A stretch of 64,000 bases of DNA, from positions 5,990-69,989 of the forward strand of contig CAISWS010000147.1 in NCBI GenBank assembly GCA_903889265.1. The letters are read 5' to 3'. The DNA comes from an uncultured Bacteroidota bacterium. GTDB lineage: Bacteria; Bacteroidota; Bacteroidia; Chitinophagales; LD1. A program made the translations under genes and the position numbers. How positions within the stretch are numbered: the first letter of the stretch is position 1; every line of letters begins with the position of its first letter. The notes under the pieces are model-generated. The model searched no databases. It was not told the DNA's origin and was given only the letters and a program-made list of their open reading frames with translations. Below are positions 45,427 to 55,426 of this stretch, one piece after another.

Positions 45427-46743
45427 ATGGCACAATCAAAACCAGTAACTATCTTTTGGTTCAGAAGAGATTTAAGACTTGATGACAATGCGGGCTTGTA
45501 CCACGCACTAAAAGAAAACGAAAACGTCCTTCCCCTCTTTATATTCGACACCAGCATACTTGACAAATTAGAAGATAAAGACGATAAACGAGTTCAGTTC
45601 ATCCACCAGGAAGTTGAGCGGCTGCATAGCGAATTAAAAGCATATGGATCAAGCATGCTTATCAGAACGGGTAATCCAGCGGAAGTGTGGCAACAGTTAT
45701 TGAATGAATATACCATTCAAAACGTTTACACTAACCGCGATTACGAGCCTTACGCACAGTTAAGAGATGAAGATGTAAGCAGAATACTTAAACAGCACCG
45801 CGCCTCATTGCTGCAATATAAAGACCATGTAATTTTCGAAATGCATGAGGTGTTAAAAGATGACGGCAAACCATATACTGTATTTACCCCCTACAGCAAA
45901 AAATGGAAAATAAAACTCAGTCCGTTTTACTCCCAATCATATCCAACGCTGAGATATGCAAAACACTTTTTTAAAATAACTGAACTGCCGGTTCCATCGC
46001 TCCAATCAATCGGGTTTATAAAAACTGATTTTGTTTTTCCGGCAAGGGTGGTTATTAACGATGTAGTGAAAAATTATAGCGAAAAGCGCGATTTCCCGGC
46101 CATAAATGGCACTTCAAAGCTAGGTATACATCTGCGTTTTGGCACTTTGAGTATTAGAAAACTACTCTCCTACTCTCTCGAGCGTAATCAGGTTTTTGTA
46201 AACGAACTCATCTGGCGCGATTTTTACCAGATGATACTGTTTCATTTTCCACAGGTAGTTGACCACGCGTTTAAGCGCGAATATGAGACCATTGCATGGG
46301 AAAATGATGAAGCGAAATTTGCGGCATGGTGTAACGGACAGACCGGTTATCCGTTGGTAGATGCAGGCATGCGGGAACTTAATACCACCGGGTATATGCA
46401 TAACCGGGTTCGTATGGTAGTGGCAAGCTTTCTCACCAAACATTTATTAATAGACTGGCGTTGGGGTGAAGCTTACTTTGCCCAAAAACTGCTTGATTTC
46501 GACCTGGCCGCCAACAATGGTGGCTGGCAGTGGGCCAGCGGAAGCGGTACTGATGCGGCACCCTATTTCCGAGTGTTCAATCCTCAATTGCAAATGGAAA
46601 GGTTTGACCCCGAATTAGAATATGTAAAACATTGGGTCCCGGAATTTGGTACTGAGACTTACGCAAAACCCATTGTTTCCCATCCCGAAGCGCGGGAAAA
46701 AGTTTTGCAGGTGTATAAAAAAGCGCTGTCGCCGCTAAATTAA
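45427..46743 (+). CDS. Deoxyribodipyrimidine photolyase / cryptochrome family protein
   Basis: IFWFRRDLRLDDN N-terminus, TGYPLVDAGMRELNTTGYMHNRVRMVVASFLTKHL, and WQWASGSGTDAAPYFRVFNP. The start is moved to the first ATG (the track used TTG at 45418). Confidence 0.9.
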   Translation: MAQSKPVTIFWFRRDLRLDDNAGLYHALKENENVLPLFIFDTSILDKLEDKDDKRVQFIHQEVERLHSELKAYGSSMLIRTGNPAEVWQQLLNEYTIQNVYTNRDYEPYAQLRDEDVSRILKQHRASLLQYKDHVIFEMHEVLKDDGKPYTVFTPYSKKWKIKLSPFYSQSYPTLRYAKHFFKITELPVPSLQSIGFIKTDFVFPARVVINDVVKNYSEKRDFPAINGTSKLGIHLRFGTLSIRKLLSYSLERNQVFVNELIWRDFYQMILFHFPQVVDHAFKREYETIAWENDEAKFAAWCNGQTGYPLVDAGMRELNTTGYMHNRVRMVVASFLTKHLLIDWRWGEAYFAQKLLDFDLAANNGGWQWASGSGTDAAPYFRVFNPQLQMERFDPELEYVKHWVPEFGTETYAKPIVSHPEAREKVLQVYKKALSPLN

Positions 46744-46843
46744 ACCGCAGGTGCCTGCTATTGCTGTGCCTTTCACAAAATAACTTACCGGAATTTGCAT
46801 TATTTTTAAGTGCTAATTGTATGCGCTCAAAATCACCGGATTC

Positions 46844-48442
46844 ATGAATAAGAAATTTATCGCTTTACTGGCCCTATCCCTCAATACACTGCTACTCTTT
46901 TCCGCATCGCCCCAGCTTGTATGGCACCAGGTATATGGCGACCCTACAGACAGCCAGCAGGTATTTGTATCTGCAATAGATAACTACGACAACATGTTTT
47001 TAGCGGGGGCCGTTTATATAAACGATGCAGGCAACCTGATTGTGAACCGGTACGATGGCGTCGGTAATTTAATGTGGAACCGCCTCTATTACAACAACCC
47101 TCCCGCAGGCACCATTGATAAAGCTGTGGCTTTGTTCCCCAATAACCTGGCCGGGGTTACAGTTATTGCTGCTATTAATACCCGCGCAGCGGTAACACAC
47201 TTTATAAGTTATGATGGCAGCGGCACGCTTCAATCTGATATTTCTGTTGGCGATACTTCTTCGGGCAATAAAACAATTCCTTTGACGGTTATTACCGATG
47301 GCATTGCATATTACATGCTGGGGCAGCTCAACAATGTTTCCAGTGTTTTTAAGTGCGATTACAGCGGGCACGTCATCTGGTCCACACCGGTGCACAATAA
47401 TTATAACAACCAGGTGGGCAACATTGTCTTTGACCCTTTTGGAAATATTGTGGCTGCCGTTTTCGACAGCACTCAGCCCGAGGTAATCGTTCACCGCTAC
47501 AATAGCAATACTGGCCTTGAACTTTCCGGTTTTAATTCTCACCTAACCCACCTGCCGGTAAACGATAACTTTATAAAAATTCAGGTAGACCACGGTACTA
47601 ATGTATTTCTGGCAGGTACGGGTACGGATTCTTTGGCAAGGACGCAATTAATGGTATACAAATTTGATACTGCCGGTAATATTCTTTGGTCCTCCATTTG
47701 TACATCAGCAAAGGGGCACACAAACATAGTTAACAGTTTTGTGATGGACCATAATGGCGATATTCTGATCTCCGGCCCATATGCGGATGATTCGGGCAAC
47801 TGGCAATTTGCGGGACTCTATAAAGTATTTAACCCCACAGGGGGTATTTTGTGGTCGGCAGTTGATAGCCAGTTTTTAGTAAATAGCGCTGTAGTGGTGG
47901 TTGATCAATATGATTACGTTTACCTGGGTACCACTAAAACCCCTTCCGCCATTTCACCTTACTATTCTGCCTTTTCGTTCACTCAGCTAACACCCGATAG
48001 CGGCTACGTGCAATGGAACAGGAGTTTCGATAATAGTTCAGATAACGAAGGCTTATTGATGCAGGTAAATAATTTTGGCGACCTCTTTTTTGCCACAAGC
48101 ACTCCAACAGATACCAATAATGCATGGTTTGCAGGCAGGATAGGCAACAATGCAGGCGATTCGTTGGGCACAGCAGTTTCAAACACTGCTCCGTCATTAA
48201 GCCTGAATGTCTTTCCCAATCCATTCTCCGCTGAAACCAACATTAGTTTTACGTCATCCCGACCGCAACAATTCTCGCTTAAAATATTAGATGTGACCGG
48301 TAGGGTATTACAGCTTCAGCAGGTACAAAGCGTGGCAGGATATAGTCAACTGACGGTAAAAGCAGGATTTGCCCCCGGGCTGTATTTTATACAACTGGAA
48401 GGGAAAGATGGCAATTATGTGAAGAGCGTCGTTATCAATTAA
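46844..48442 (+). CDS. Secreted beta-propeller-like protein with T9SS type A C-terminal sorting domain
   Basis: Signal peptide MNKKFIALLALSLNTLLLFSA. C-terminus LNVFPNPFSAETNISF...GLYFIQLEGKDGNYVKSVVIN. Confidence 0.8.
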   Translation: MNKKFIALLALSLNTLLLFSASPQLVWHQVYGDPTDSQQVFVSAIDNYDNMFLAGAVYINDAGNLIVNRYDGVGNLMWNRLYYNNPPAGTIDKAVALFPNNLAGVTVIAAINTRAAVTHFISYDGSGTLQSDISVGDTSSGNKTIPLTVITDGIAYYMLGQLNNVSSVFKCDYSGHVIWSTPVHNNYNNQVGNIVFDPFGNIVAAVFDSTQPEVIVHRYNSNTGLELSGFNSHLTHLPVNDNFIKIQVDHGTNVFLAGTGTDSLARTQLMVYKFDTAGNILWSSICTSAKGHTNIVNSFVMDHNGDILISGPYADDSGNWQFAGLYKVFNPTGGILWSAVDSQFLVNSAVVVVDQYDYVYLGTTKTPSAISPYYSAFSFTQLTPDSGYVQWNRSFDNSSDNEGLLMQVNNFGDLFFATSTPTDTNNAWFAGRIGNNAGDSLGTAVSNTAPSLSLNVFPNPFSAETNISFTSSRPQQFSLKILDVTGRVLQLQQVQSVAGYSQLTVKAGFAPGLYFIQLEGKDGNYVKSVVIN

Positions 48443-48840
48443 GCAACGGCTGGTATTGTTGCATTCGCTTCTTTGGGACGTAAAATGCGGCTTCTGTGTT
48501 TAACACCCCAATCCCTTAAAGCTATCAATACGTCTTGTAATGAGTGGCCGTAAGTGGTCAGTTCGTATTCAACGGTGACCGGGGTTGTGTCATAAACGGT
48601 TCGCTTCACCAGTTGGTTCACTTCAAGCTCTTTCAGCTCCTTTGAAAGCATTCGTGCGGTTATTTTCGGTATTCCCCGTTCCATTTCTTTAAAACGCTTC
48701 TTACCGGTAATCAGGGCCCCGATAATGGGCAATTTCCATTTGCCGCTTAAAATATCCAGCGTATCCCTTATTGGTATGGTAAACTGTGCGCACTCAGCAT
48801 GTGTGGTAGCCGTTACCTCGTTTTTTTTACTTTTTGCCAT
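48439..48840 (-). CDS. HxlR-family winged-helix transcriptional regulator
   Basis: DILSGKWKLPIIGAL... EVNQLVKRTVYDTTPVTVEYELT pattern. The start is trimmed to MAKSKK. Confidence 0.85.
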   Translation of the reverse strand: MAKSKKNEVTATTHAECAQFTIPIRDTLDILSGKWKLPIIGALITGKKRFKEMERGIPKITARMLSKELKELEVNQLVKRTVYDTTPVTVEYELTTYGHSLQDVLIALRDWGVKHRSRILRPKEANATIPAVA

Positions 48841-48942
48841 AATACCCCAGGTTCTCTTTATTATACCGGTATACATTAGTATAGCAGTTACTAAAGTATA
48901 GCAAATATAGATAGCTTTGCTGCATAAACAAAAACTAAAAAA

Positions 48943-49308
48943 ATGAATACAGCACTTTGGATTGCACAGATAGTATTTGGCGCCATGTTTACCCTGGCCG
49001 GCATTATGAAATCAACTCAAGCAAAAGAAAAACTGGCAAAAAACATGCCTTGGGTAAATGATTACTCCGCCGCACAAGTTAAACTGATTGGTGTTTCAGA
49101 ACTTTTAGGTGGTATTGGGCTTATATTGCCCTGGTACCTGGGTATTGCCCCAATACTTACCCCAATAGCTGCAGTGGCCCTGGCATTGGTAATGGTTTTG
49201 GCAGCAATTTATCATTTCAACCACAAAGAATATCCTGGTATTGGTGTTAACTTTTTCCTGTTTGCGGGTGTTTTATTTATCGCTTACGGAAGGTTTTTAG
49301 CAGCGTAA
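48943..49308 (+). CDS. DoxX-family membrane protein
   Basis: 121 aa with four helices (GIMKSTQ... ELLGGIGLILP), divergent from the HxlR regulator. Confidence 0.8.
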   Translation: MNTALWIAQIVFGAMFTLAGIMKSTQAKEKLAKNMPWVNDYSAAQVKLIGVSELLGGIGLILPWYLGIAPILTPIAAVALALVMVLAAIYHFNHKEYPGIGVNFFLFAGVLFIAYGRFLAA

Positions 49309-49321
49309 AAAGGATTTAAAA

Positions 49322-50029
49322 ATGAAAGTAGAAATATGGTCCGATGTTTTGTGCCCCTGGTGCTATATCGGCAAACGAGATTTTGAGCAGGCGCTTGGCG
49401 AGTTTAAGCACAAAGATAAAGTTGAAGTAATGTGGAAAAGCTTTGAACTTGACCCAGCTGCCCAAATAGATTATGAGGGGAATTTATACGATCTGCTTTC
49501 GTCGAAGTACCATGTAAGTATTGAGCGGGCCCGGCAAATGACCGGGCCCCTGGTAGAGCGGGCCGCAGCATCGGGCCTGACTTACAATATGGATATAGCT
49601 AAGGCCACAAACAGCTTTGATGCGCACAGGCTGATACACCTGGCTGCAAAACACGGTTTACAGCAAGCGGTTATAGAACTTTTATCTGCGGCTTATTTAA
49701 CCTCAGGCAAACATATAGGGCACCATGAAACTCTTATACAAATTGGTTTTGAGGCGGGATTAGATAAAGCAGAAATAACCGAAATGCTTGAAAGTGATGA
49801 ATATGCAGAAGCTGTTAGAAAAGACGAATATGAGGCACAAAATTTAAGGGTTAGAGGTGTTCCTTTCTTTCTGACAGACCAGAAATATTCCATTTCCGGA
49901 GCACAACCCAAGGAAGTTTTTTCGGAAGCCCTTGAAAAAATATGGGATGAACTCTATCCCAAAGTAAAAGCAGTTGCAATCTCCGGTAACGTGCAATGCG
50001 ATGCCTCGGGAGTTTGCGAAACTTCCTAA
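49322..50029 (+). CDS. DsbA-family (FrnE-like) thiol oxidoreductase
   Basis: N-terminal VEIWSDVLCPWCYIG (CPWC active site) and a GVPFF cis-Pro loop. Confidence 0.85.
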   Translation: MKVEIWSDVLCPWCYIGKRDFEQALGEFKHKDKVEVMWKSFELDPAAQIDYEGNLYDLLSSKYHVSIERARQMTGPLVERAAASGLTYNMDIAKATNSFDAHRLIHLAAKHGLQQAVIELLSAAYLTSGKHIGHHETLIQIGFEAGLDKAEITEMLESDEYAEAVRKDEYEAQNLRVRGVPFFLTDQKYSISGAQPKEVFSEALEKIWDELYPKVKAVAISGNVQCDASGVCETS

Positions 50030-50124
50030 TTGAAGATACCTGGGCCCCAAAAAATGCCTGCTGATATAAGCCGCTTTTCATTTTTGCCAGTATTACTACT
50101 AAGGCGTTTTTTATTTTTACGGAT

Positions 50125-51045
50125 ATGAAAAAGAAGGTACAGCTGGTATTAGGCAGCGGCGGTGCACGGGGCATTGCGCACATTGGCGTAATTCAAATGC
50201 TGCAGCAGGAAGGTTACGAAATAGTGGAGGTAATTGGTTGCTCCATGGGCGCAGTAATAGGCGGCATGTATTGTTCGGGCTTTTTATCGCAATACACGGA
50301 TTGGTTGCTAAAACAAACAAAAAGTGATGTTTACCGCCTGTTTGACATAACCTTCTCTATGCAGGGTTTTGTAAAGGGAGAAAAAATATTTGCAGTGCTT
50401 GAACAGCTTGCGGGTAAACAGCTGATTGAAAATTTGCCCATACCATTTACCGCCATCGCAACAGATATGTTAACCCGTACGGAGGTTCATTTTACCGAAG
50501 GAGACCTTTACCGGGCTTTACGTGCCTCCACCGGCATACCGGGCGTTTTTACACCGGTAGCCGAAAATAAAAGCCTGTTTGTAGATGGGGGAGTGTTAAA
50601 CCCACTGCCCGTAAACCTGGTAAAGCGCCGCGATGATGCTATTATAGTGGCAGTTAATTTAAACGGTTCGTTCAGCAATGAGGTGCCTGCCGAAAACAAA
50701 ACTGAAACAGATGGCATGGCAAAGGCTGAAAGTGAAAGCCAGGCCATATTGACAAAGCTCCGTGGTTTTTTTAACTCTTCTTCTAAGAGTGAGGCGAAAG
50801 CACCCGAGGCTGTGGTAATTCCTACCTTCTCCATGTTCGAGCTGTTAAACGCTTCCTACGATGCCACCCTGGACAGGTTAGTTGAAGTTACCCTTGAAAA
50901 TTCGCCGGCAGATGTCCTCGTTGAAATTCCGCGCAACGTTTGTTCCGTATTCGAATTTTACCGTGCGGCGGAGCTGATAAATATTGGGAAAGTTTCATTT
51001 ACCAGTGCGATGGTTAAGAGCGGCTTAAAGGAGTTAAGTATCTGA
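50125..51045 (+). CDS. Patatin-like phospholipase
   Basis: GSGGARG oxyanion motif, GCSMGA (GxSxG nucleophile), and DGGVLNPLP (catalytic Asp). Confidence 0.85.
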   Translation: MKKKVQLVLGSGGARGIAHIGVIQMLQQEGYEIVEVIGCSMGAVIGGMYCSGFLSQYTDWLLKQTKSDVYRLFDITFSMQGFVKGEKIFAVLEQLAGKQLIENLPIPFTAIATDMLTRTEVHFTEGDLYRALRASTGIPGVFTPVAENKSLFVDGGVLNPLPVNLVKRRDDAIIVAVNLNGSFSNEVPAENKTETDGMAKAESESQAILTKLRGFFNSSSKSEAKAPEAVVIPTFSMFELLNASYDATLDRLVEVTLENSPADVLVEIPRNVCSVFEFYRAAELINIGKVSFTSAMVKSGLKELSI

Positions 51046-51138
51046 TTATCCTATCACCGACCCGAAAAAAAAGCCCGCATTTAATCAGAATTGAATTACT
51101 TCGCTTTAAGCACTAACCAGGCAAGGCATTCTGTTATT

Positions 51139-54057
51139 ATGGCTAAGCAGAAAAAAGAACAAAAAAACGTTGTAAAAACCCCCTCTTCAGGCAGCGCCTG
51201 GCTAAAGGGTAAAAGAATTTATGTACTTATAATTTTTGCCTTCAGCTTTGCCCTTTACTTTAACACGCTTTTTAATGGTTATAACCTGGATGATGAACTG
51301 GTAACTAATAACCACCGTATTACATCAAAAGGCTGGCAGGTTTTAAAGTTCAATCCGGAAGCTTTTAGCAGCGTGCAATTACAGGACAGCAGCTTTACCC
51401 AAAAATTCAGATATTTTGTACCAATTGTATTCACCGTTCCTTATTATCAGGACAATGCTGGTTTTAAGTACGAATACCGCCCCATGGTTTTTGCCAGCTT
51501 TGCTTTAGAGCATGCACTTTTCGCACAAAAAAACGTAGTTAATGGTTCCGAAGTTGAAACGGAAAGCGCAACCATCAGTCATTTCATAAATATTCTGTTA
51601 TACGCGCTTCTTTGTGTGTTGTTGTTTTCGGTTTTGTGCAAACTATTCGGAAGTTACAGCATCATTTTTTCTTTTCTAATCACCATGTTATTTGCTGCAT
51701 ATCCCATGCATACTGAAGATGTTGCCAGTATAAAAAACCGCGACGAACTGCTGGCCCTTATTTTTGGTTTACTTAGTTTAGATTTTTCATGGGCTTATAT
51801 TCAAAAAAATAAACCGGGCTATCTGGTTTTAGTGCTGCTTTCATTTATCTGCGGCATGTTGTCAAAACCAACCACCGTCACATTTGCTTTGCTCATTCCG
51901 CTGTGCCTGGTACTTTTCACAAATGCCGGATACCGGAAATTACTATTGGCCGAGGCGGTTATCATACTCCCTTCCATTTTTTATTCGCGGCGCTATACTG
52001 CATTTCAGCAGGTTACTTTAGCCGCAGCCCTGTTCTTTGCTGTTACCGCCTTTTACCTACTTAAAAACAGGGCATTATTTTGGCCCCCGGCCAAATTATT
52101 GCTGAAAAATATTTATTCATCGTTCAAAGGTACAGGCGCAAGCGATGTAACTGTTGACAGGAGTCTTAACCTGCCTGCATTAAAAAAGCCATTAGCATTG
52201 TTTATTCTATTTATTGGCATTGTTATACCAGGCGCTGCCTTCCTGTTTGGATTACAACTGCAGGACGAATGGTTAACCTGCTTACCACTGATTTTCATTT
52301 GTGCATTTTACATTTTTGCAAGGGATGAAATGAGGCTGGTGCTGATTACCCCCATCACGCTGATGATGCTGTTTGTATTGCTAAAGTTCCGTCTCCAATC
52401 AGGGATAATTGAGATGGGGCTGATATTGTTTCTGACAAGCCACCTGTTTTCAGGCCTCAAAGTTTTCAGGATTGTGGTACTTATAAACTACATAATATAT
52501 AGCCTTTTATGTGTTACGGAGCTTCACTCGCCCCATTTTCTCTTCATGCTCGTTTTTATTGGATTGCTAAACAAAAAGCTGTTTCCTGTTTCGCTGGTAT
52601 TGATGGCGGCCTCGGCCTTAATCTTTTTTAGAAAAGCCTTTGGCCTATTCCATACCGGGCCTGAAACATGGGGCTTTGACTATTTTCTGCCGCTACTGTT
52701 CATTTTGTTTTTCGCGCTGTGGAAGAACTATGGGGGCCTGGCAATACGCACTGCTACTGCCATTTTGCCTGTATCGCTGCTAATTTATTCCACCCTGGTA
52801 CATCCTATGCCCGATAACCATACGTTACTTAAAGCACAGGGGCTTTATCATCAGATCAACAGCATAAAAGCTGCGGACCCTACACCAGTACAATCCATAA
52901 GGCCTCTTATTTTTCCTGAATACCCACTTAGTAATAAAGACCCGTTCTCTGTAAAGTTCGGTACGGCCATGGAAATTTTGGGAAAATACCTGCATATGGT
53001 TTTGATCCCCTACCCGATGAGTTACTATTATGGATACTCTGTTATGAAGCCCGAAAAGATATCCGATTTCTTACCGCTTCTCAGTTTGCTCATTTATGTA
53101 ATTTTAACCGTCGCCTCAATTTATTTTTTCAGAAAAACTCCGGTATTATCCTTCTCCATTCTATTCTACCTCATTTCCATCTCCATTTTTTCGGACCTTG
53201 TAATGCCGGTTCCGGGTTTGATAGCCGACCGTTTTCTGCTTGTTCCATCCATTGGTTTTTGCATCGCACTTGTTTTTACAGGGGCTACTATTTTTAAACA
53301 GGACTTCGAAAACAGAGACCTTAACGTAAATAGCTTAAAGCAACCTTTAAAGGTTTTATTTGGTATAATCCTGGTTCTTTATACAGGGCTTACTTTTTCG
53401 AGAAATATGGAATGGAAAGACCAGCTAACTCTTTTCAGGCACGATATAACTATTGTTGAAAACTCAGCTCAGGCGCAAAACCTGTTGGGCGTTCACCTGC
53501 TTATGATTTCAAGCCACGAAAAAGACCCTTCTATTCAAAAACAATTACTGGAAGAAGCGGTTCCTCACTTTAAAAAAGCACTGGAAATTTACCCGGAATT
53601 TATGAACGCATCTTACGACCTTGCCCGCACACTGGAAGCGTTGAAACTAAACGATGCTGCATTTACACAATACCAGATAACTGTAAAGATGGATACCACT
53701 TTTGTTGCACCCTATTATAGCATGGCTACTATTGTACATAACAAGGGCGATTACGCAGAGGCGATTTCTTATTATCAAAAGTTTCTTACCCAATATCCCA
53801 GGCAACTAGAAGCGTATACCAACCTCAGTTTTGCCTATTTTCAGATGAAGGATTATGCTAATTCAATTGCCACCAACAGGCGGGCTATAATAACCACGGG
53901 TGAGGCCTTTTACCCAACAGTAAATATTGCAAAAACATATGCTGTGATGAGTCAAACGGACAGCGCTCTTTTCTATTTTGAGCGGGCCCACTCCATGCAC
54001 CCGAACGATGGTGGTGTAAACATGAATATAAGCAAGCTGAAAGGGAACAAGCCGTAA
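51139..54057 (+). CDS. Polytopic membrane protein with C-terminal TPR repeats (TMTC/PMT-like, candidate GT-C glycosyltransferase)
   Basis: Start trimmed to MAKQKKEQ. More than 12 hydrophobic helices and an early-loop YNLDDE motif. The C-terminal ~200 aa contain 4-5 TPR-like repeats. Confidence 0.7.
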   Translation: MAKQKKEQKNVVKTPSSGSAWLKGKRIYVLIIFAFSFALYFNTLFNGYNLDDELVTNNHRITSKGWQVLKFNPEAFSSVQLQDSSFTQKFRYFVPIVFTVPYYQDNAGFKYEYRPMVFASFALEHALFAQKNVVNGSEVETESATISHFINILLYALLCVLLFSVLCKLFGSYSIIFSFLITMLFAAYPMHTEDVASIKNRDELLALIFGLLSLDFSWAYIQKNKPGYLVLVLLSFICGMLSKPTTVTFALLIPLCLVLFTNAGYRKLLLAEAVIILPSIFYSRRYTAFQQVTLAAALFFAVTAFYLLKNRALFWPPAKLLLKNIYSSFKGTGASDVTVDRSLNLPALKKPLALFILFIGIVIPGAAFLFGLQLQDEWLTCLPLIFICAFYIFARDEMRLVLITPITLMMLFVLLKFRLQSGIIEMGLILFLTSHLFSGLKVFRIVVLINYIIYSLLCVTELHSPHFLFMLVFIGLLNKKLFPVSLVLMAASALIFFRKAFGLFHTGPETWGFDYFLPLLFILFFALWKNYGGLAIRTATAILPVSLLIYSTLVHPMPDNHTLLKAQGLYHQINSIKAADPTPVQSIRPLIFPEYPLSNKDPFSVKFGTAMEILGKYLHMVLIPYPMSYYYGYSVMKPEKISDFLPLLSLLIYVILTVASIYFFRKTPVLSFSILFYLISISIFSDLVMPVPGLIADRFLLVPSIGFCIALVFTGATIFKQDFENRDLNVNSLKQPLKVLFGIILVLYTGLTFSRNMEWKDQLTLFRHDITIVENSAQAQNLLGVHLLMISSHEKDPSIQKQLLEEAVPHFKKALEIYPEFMNASYDLARTLEALKLNDAAFTQYQITVKMDTTFVAPYYSMATIVHNKGDYAEAISYYQKFLTQYPRQLEAYTNLSFAYFQMKDYANSIATNRRAIITTGEAFYPTVNIAKTYAVMSQTDSALFYFERAHSMHPNDGGVNMNISKLKGNKP

Positions 54058-54087
54058 ATTGTTGATAGCGGCATTAATCAGGTATTA

Positions 54088-54984
54088 CTAACTAATCTTT
54101 ACTCCTGAACTAACCACGCTTAAATTATACGTTTTGCCTATAACCAATGCCCGGTTATCGGGCAAATGCCCTGCCGGAAACCCAAAACAAACAGGGTAAT
54201 TATACGCTTGCAGATGCTCTGCTACAATCTCGTAAGCATCTTTACCAAAAGGTATGGCATTGTCTTTTATCTCAGAAAAACTACCCACTATTACGCCTGC
54301 CAGGTCTTGCAGCTTTCCAGATCGCTTGAGGTTAATCATCATCCTGTCGACATGGTAGCGGTATTCATCAATATCCTCCAGGAAAAGTATTTTCCCAAAG
54401 GTATTCATCCCCGACCTTGTTCCGGTAATACTATATAAGATAGAAAGGTTACCCCCTATCAATATGCCATTCGCATCTCCCTTTCTGTTCAATGTATGGA
54501 ACGGAATATCGTAGCTATTCTTCTCGCCAAACAATTCCTTGCGCAGTGTTTCTATAGCTTCAGGGGTACCCTTCGGAAACTGAACCGGCATCAGTGAGTG
54601 AATAGATTGAATGCCTATATTATTGGAAATATGCGTGTGCAGATAAGTAACATCACTGAAACCCACAATCCATTTGGGGTGCTTCATAAAATTATCGTAG
54701 TTAATGCCATCCATCATGCGCACAGTACCATATCCTCCCCGGGCGCAAATAATGGCCTTAACGGAGGGATCGTCTACGGCTTGCTGAAAATCCTGCAGGC
54801 GTTCAGTATCCGTACCTGCATATTGATTATCCTGCTTTCCTATAGTTTCGCCAACGGTAACCTCCAGTCCCCACTGTTTAAAGGTTTCAACTGCAGGCGC
54901 GATTTCCCGGACAGTAATTTTACGCGCGGTGCTTAATATATATATTCGGTCTCCCTTTTTTAAATGCGGCGGTTGTAGTAACAT
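54088..54984 (-). CDS. LD-carboxypeptidase (peptidase S66)
   Basis: ARGGYG, GFSDVTYLH (nucleophile Ser context), and a C-terminal E...GH context (FGFPAGH). Confidence 0.85.
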   Translation of the reverse strand: MLLQPPHLKKGDRIYILSTARKITVREIAPAVETFKQWGLEVTVGETIGKQDNQYAGTDTERLQDFQQAVDDPSVKAIICARGGYGTVRMMDGINYDNFMKHPKWIVGFSDVTYLHTHISNNIGIQSIHSLMPVQFPKGTPEAIETLRKELFGEKNSYDIPFHTLNRKGDANGILIGGNLSILYSITGTRSGMNTFGKILFLEDIDEYRYHVDRMMINLKRSGKLQDLAGVIVGSFSEIKDNAIPFGKDAYEIVAEHLQAYNYPVCFGFPAGHLPDNRALVIGKTYNLSVVSSGVKIS

Positions 54985-55426
54985 GTCCCAAAAATAACCA
55001 CCTGGCGCCCAAACACCAGTTTAGCCTTAAATTAATTTTGCAAGAGAGCTTATAAACTGCAAAAGATAAAAAAATGTGATAATATGCTGATTTAAAATGC
55101 ATAATATGATAGCAGTAGCAACATATGATATCATACAGCAAATGTTCAGAAAGAGCTCAGCCGATTTATAATAAATAAATATCCTTTAAGACAACCATGT
55201 ATTGATTAAAATATACCTACATTCGTGGTGTCAGCAAAACAAAGGCCGCCCTGATCATCCCCGGCTTCGGTTGGGGATGAGAGGGCCTTTCGCCCGTTCT
55301 CCATCCAACATTTTACCTATCTTATTCAGCACCTCAAACTAAACACGTCAGTGGCTGCATTTAGAGAAAAGCACACCCCCCTTGCACTAATTACTTTTTC
55401 TATCTTCATGCCAGAAATAATTATGC

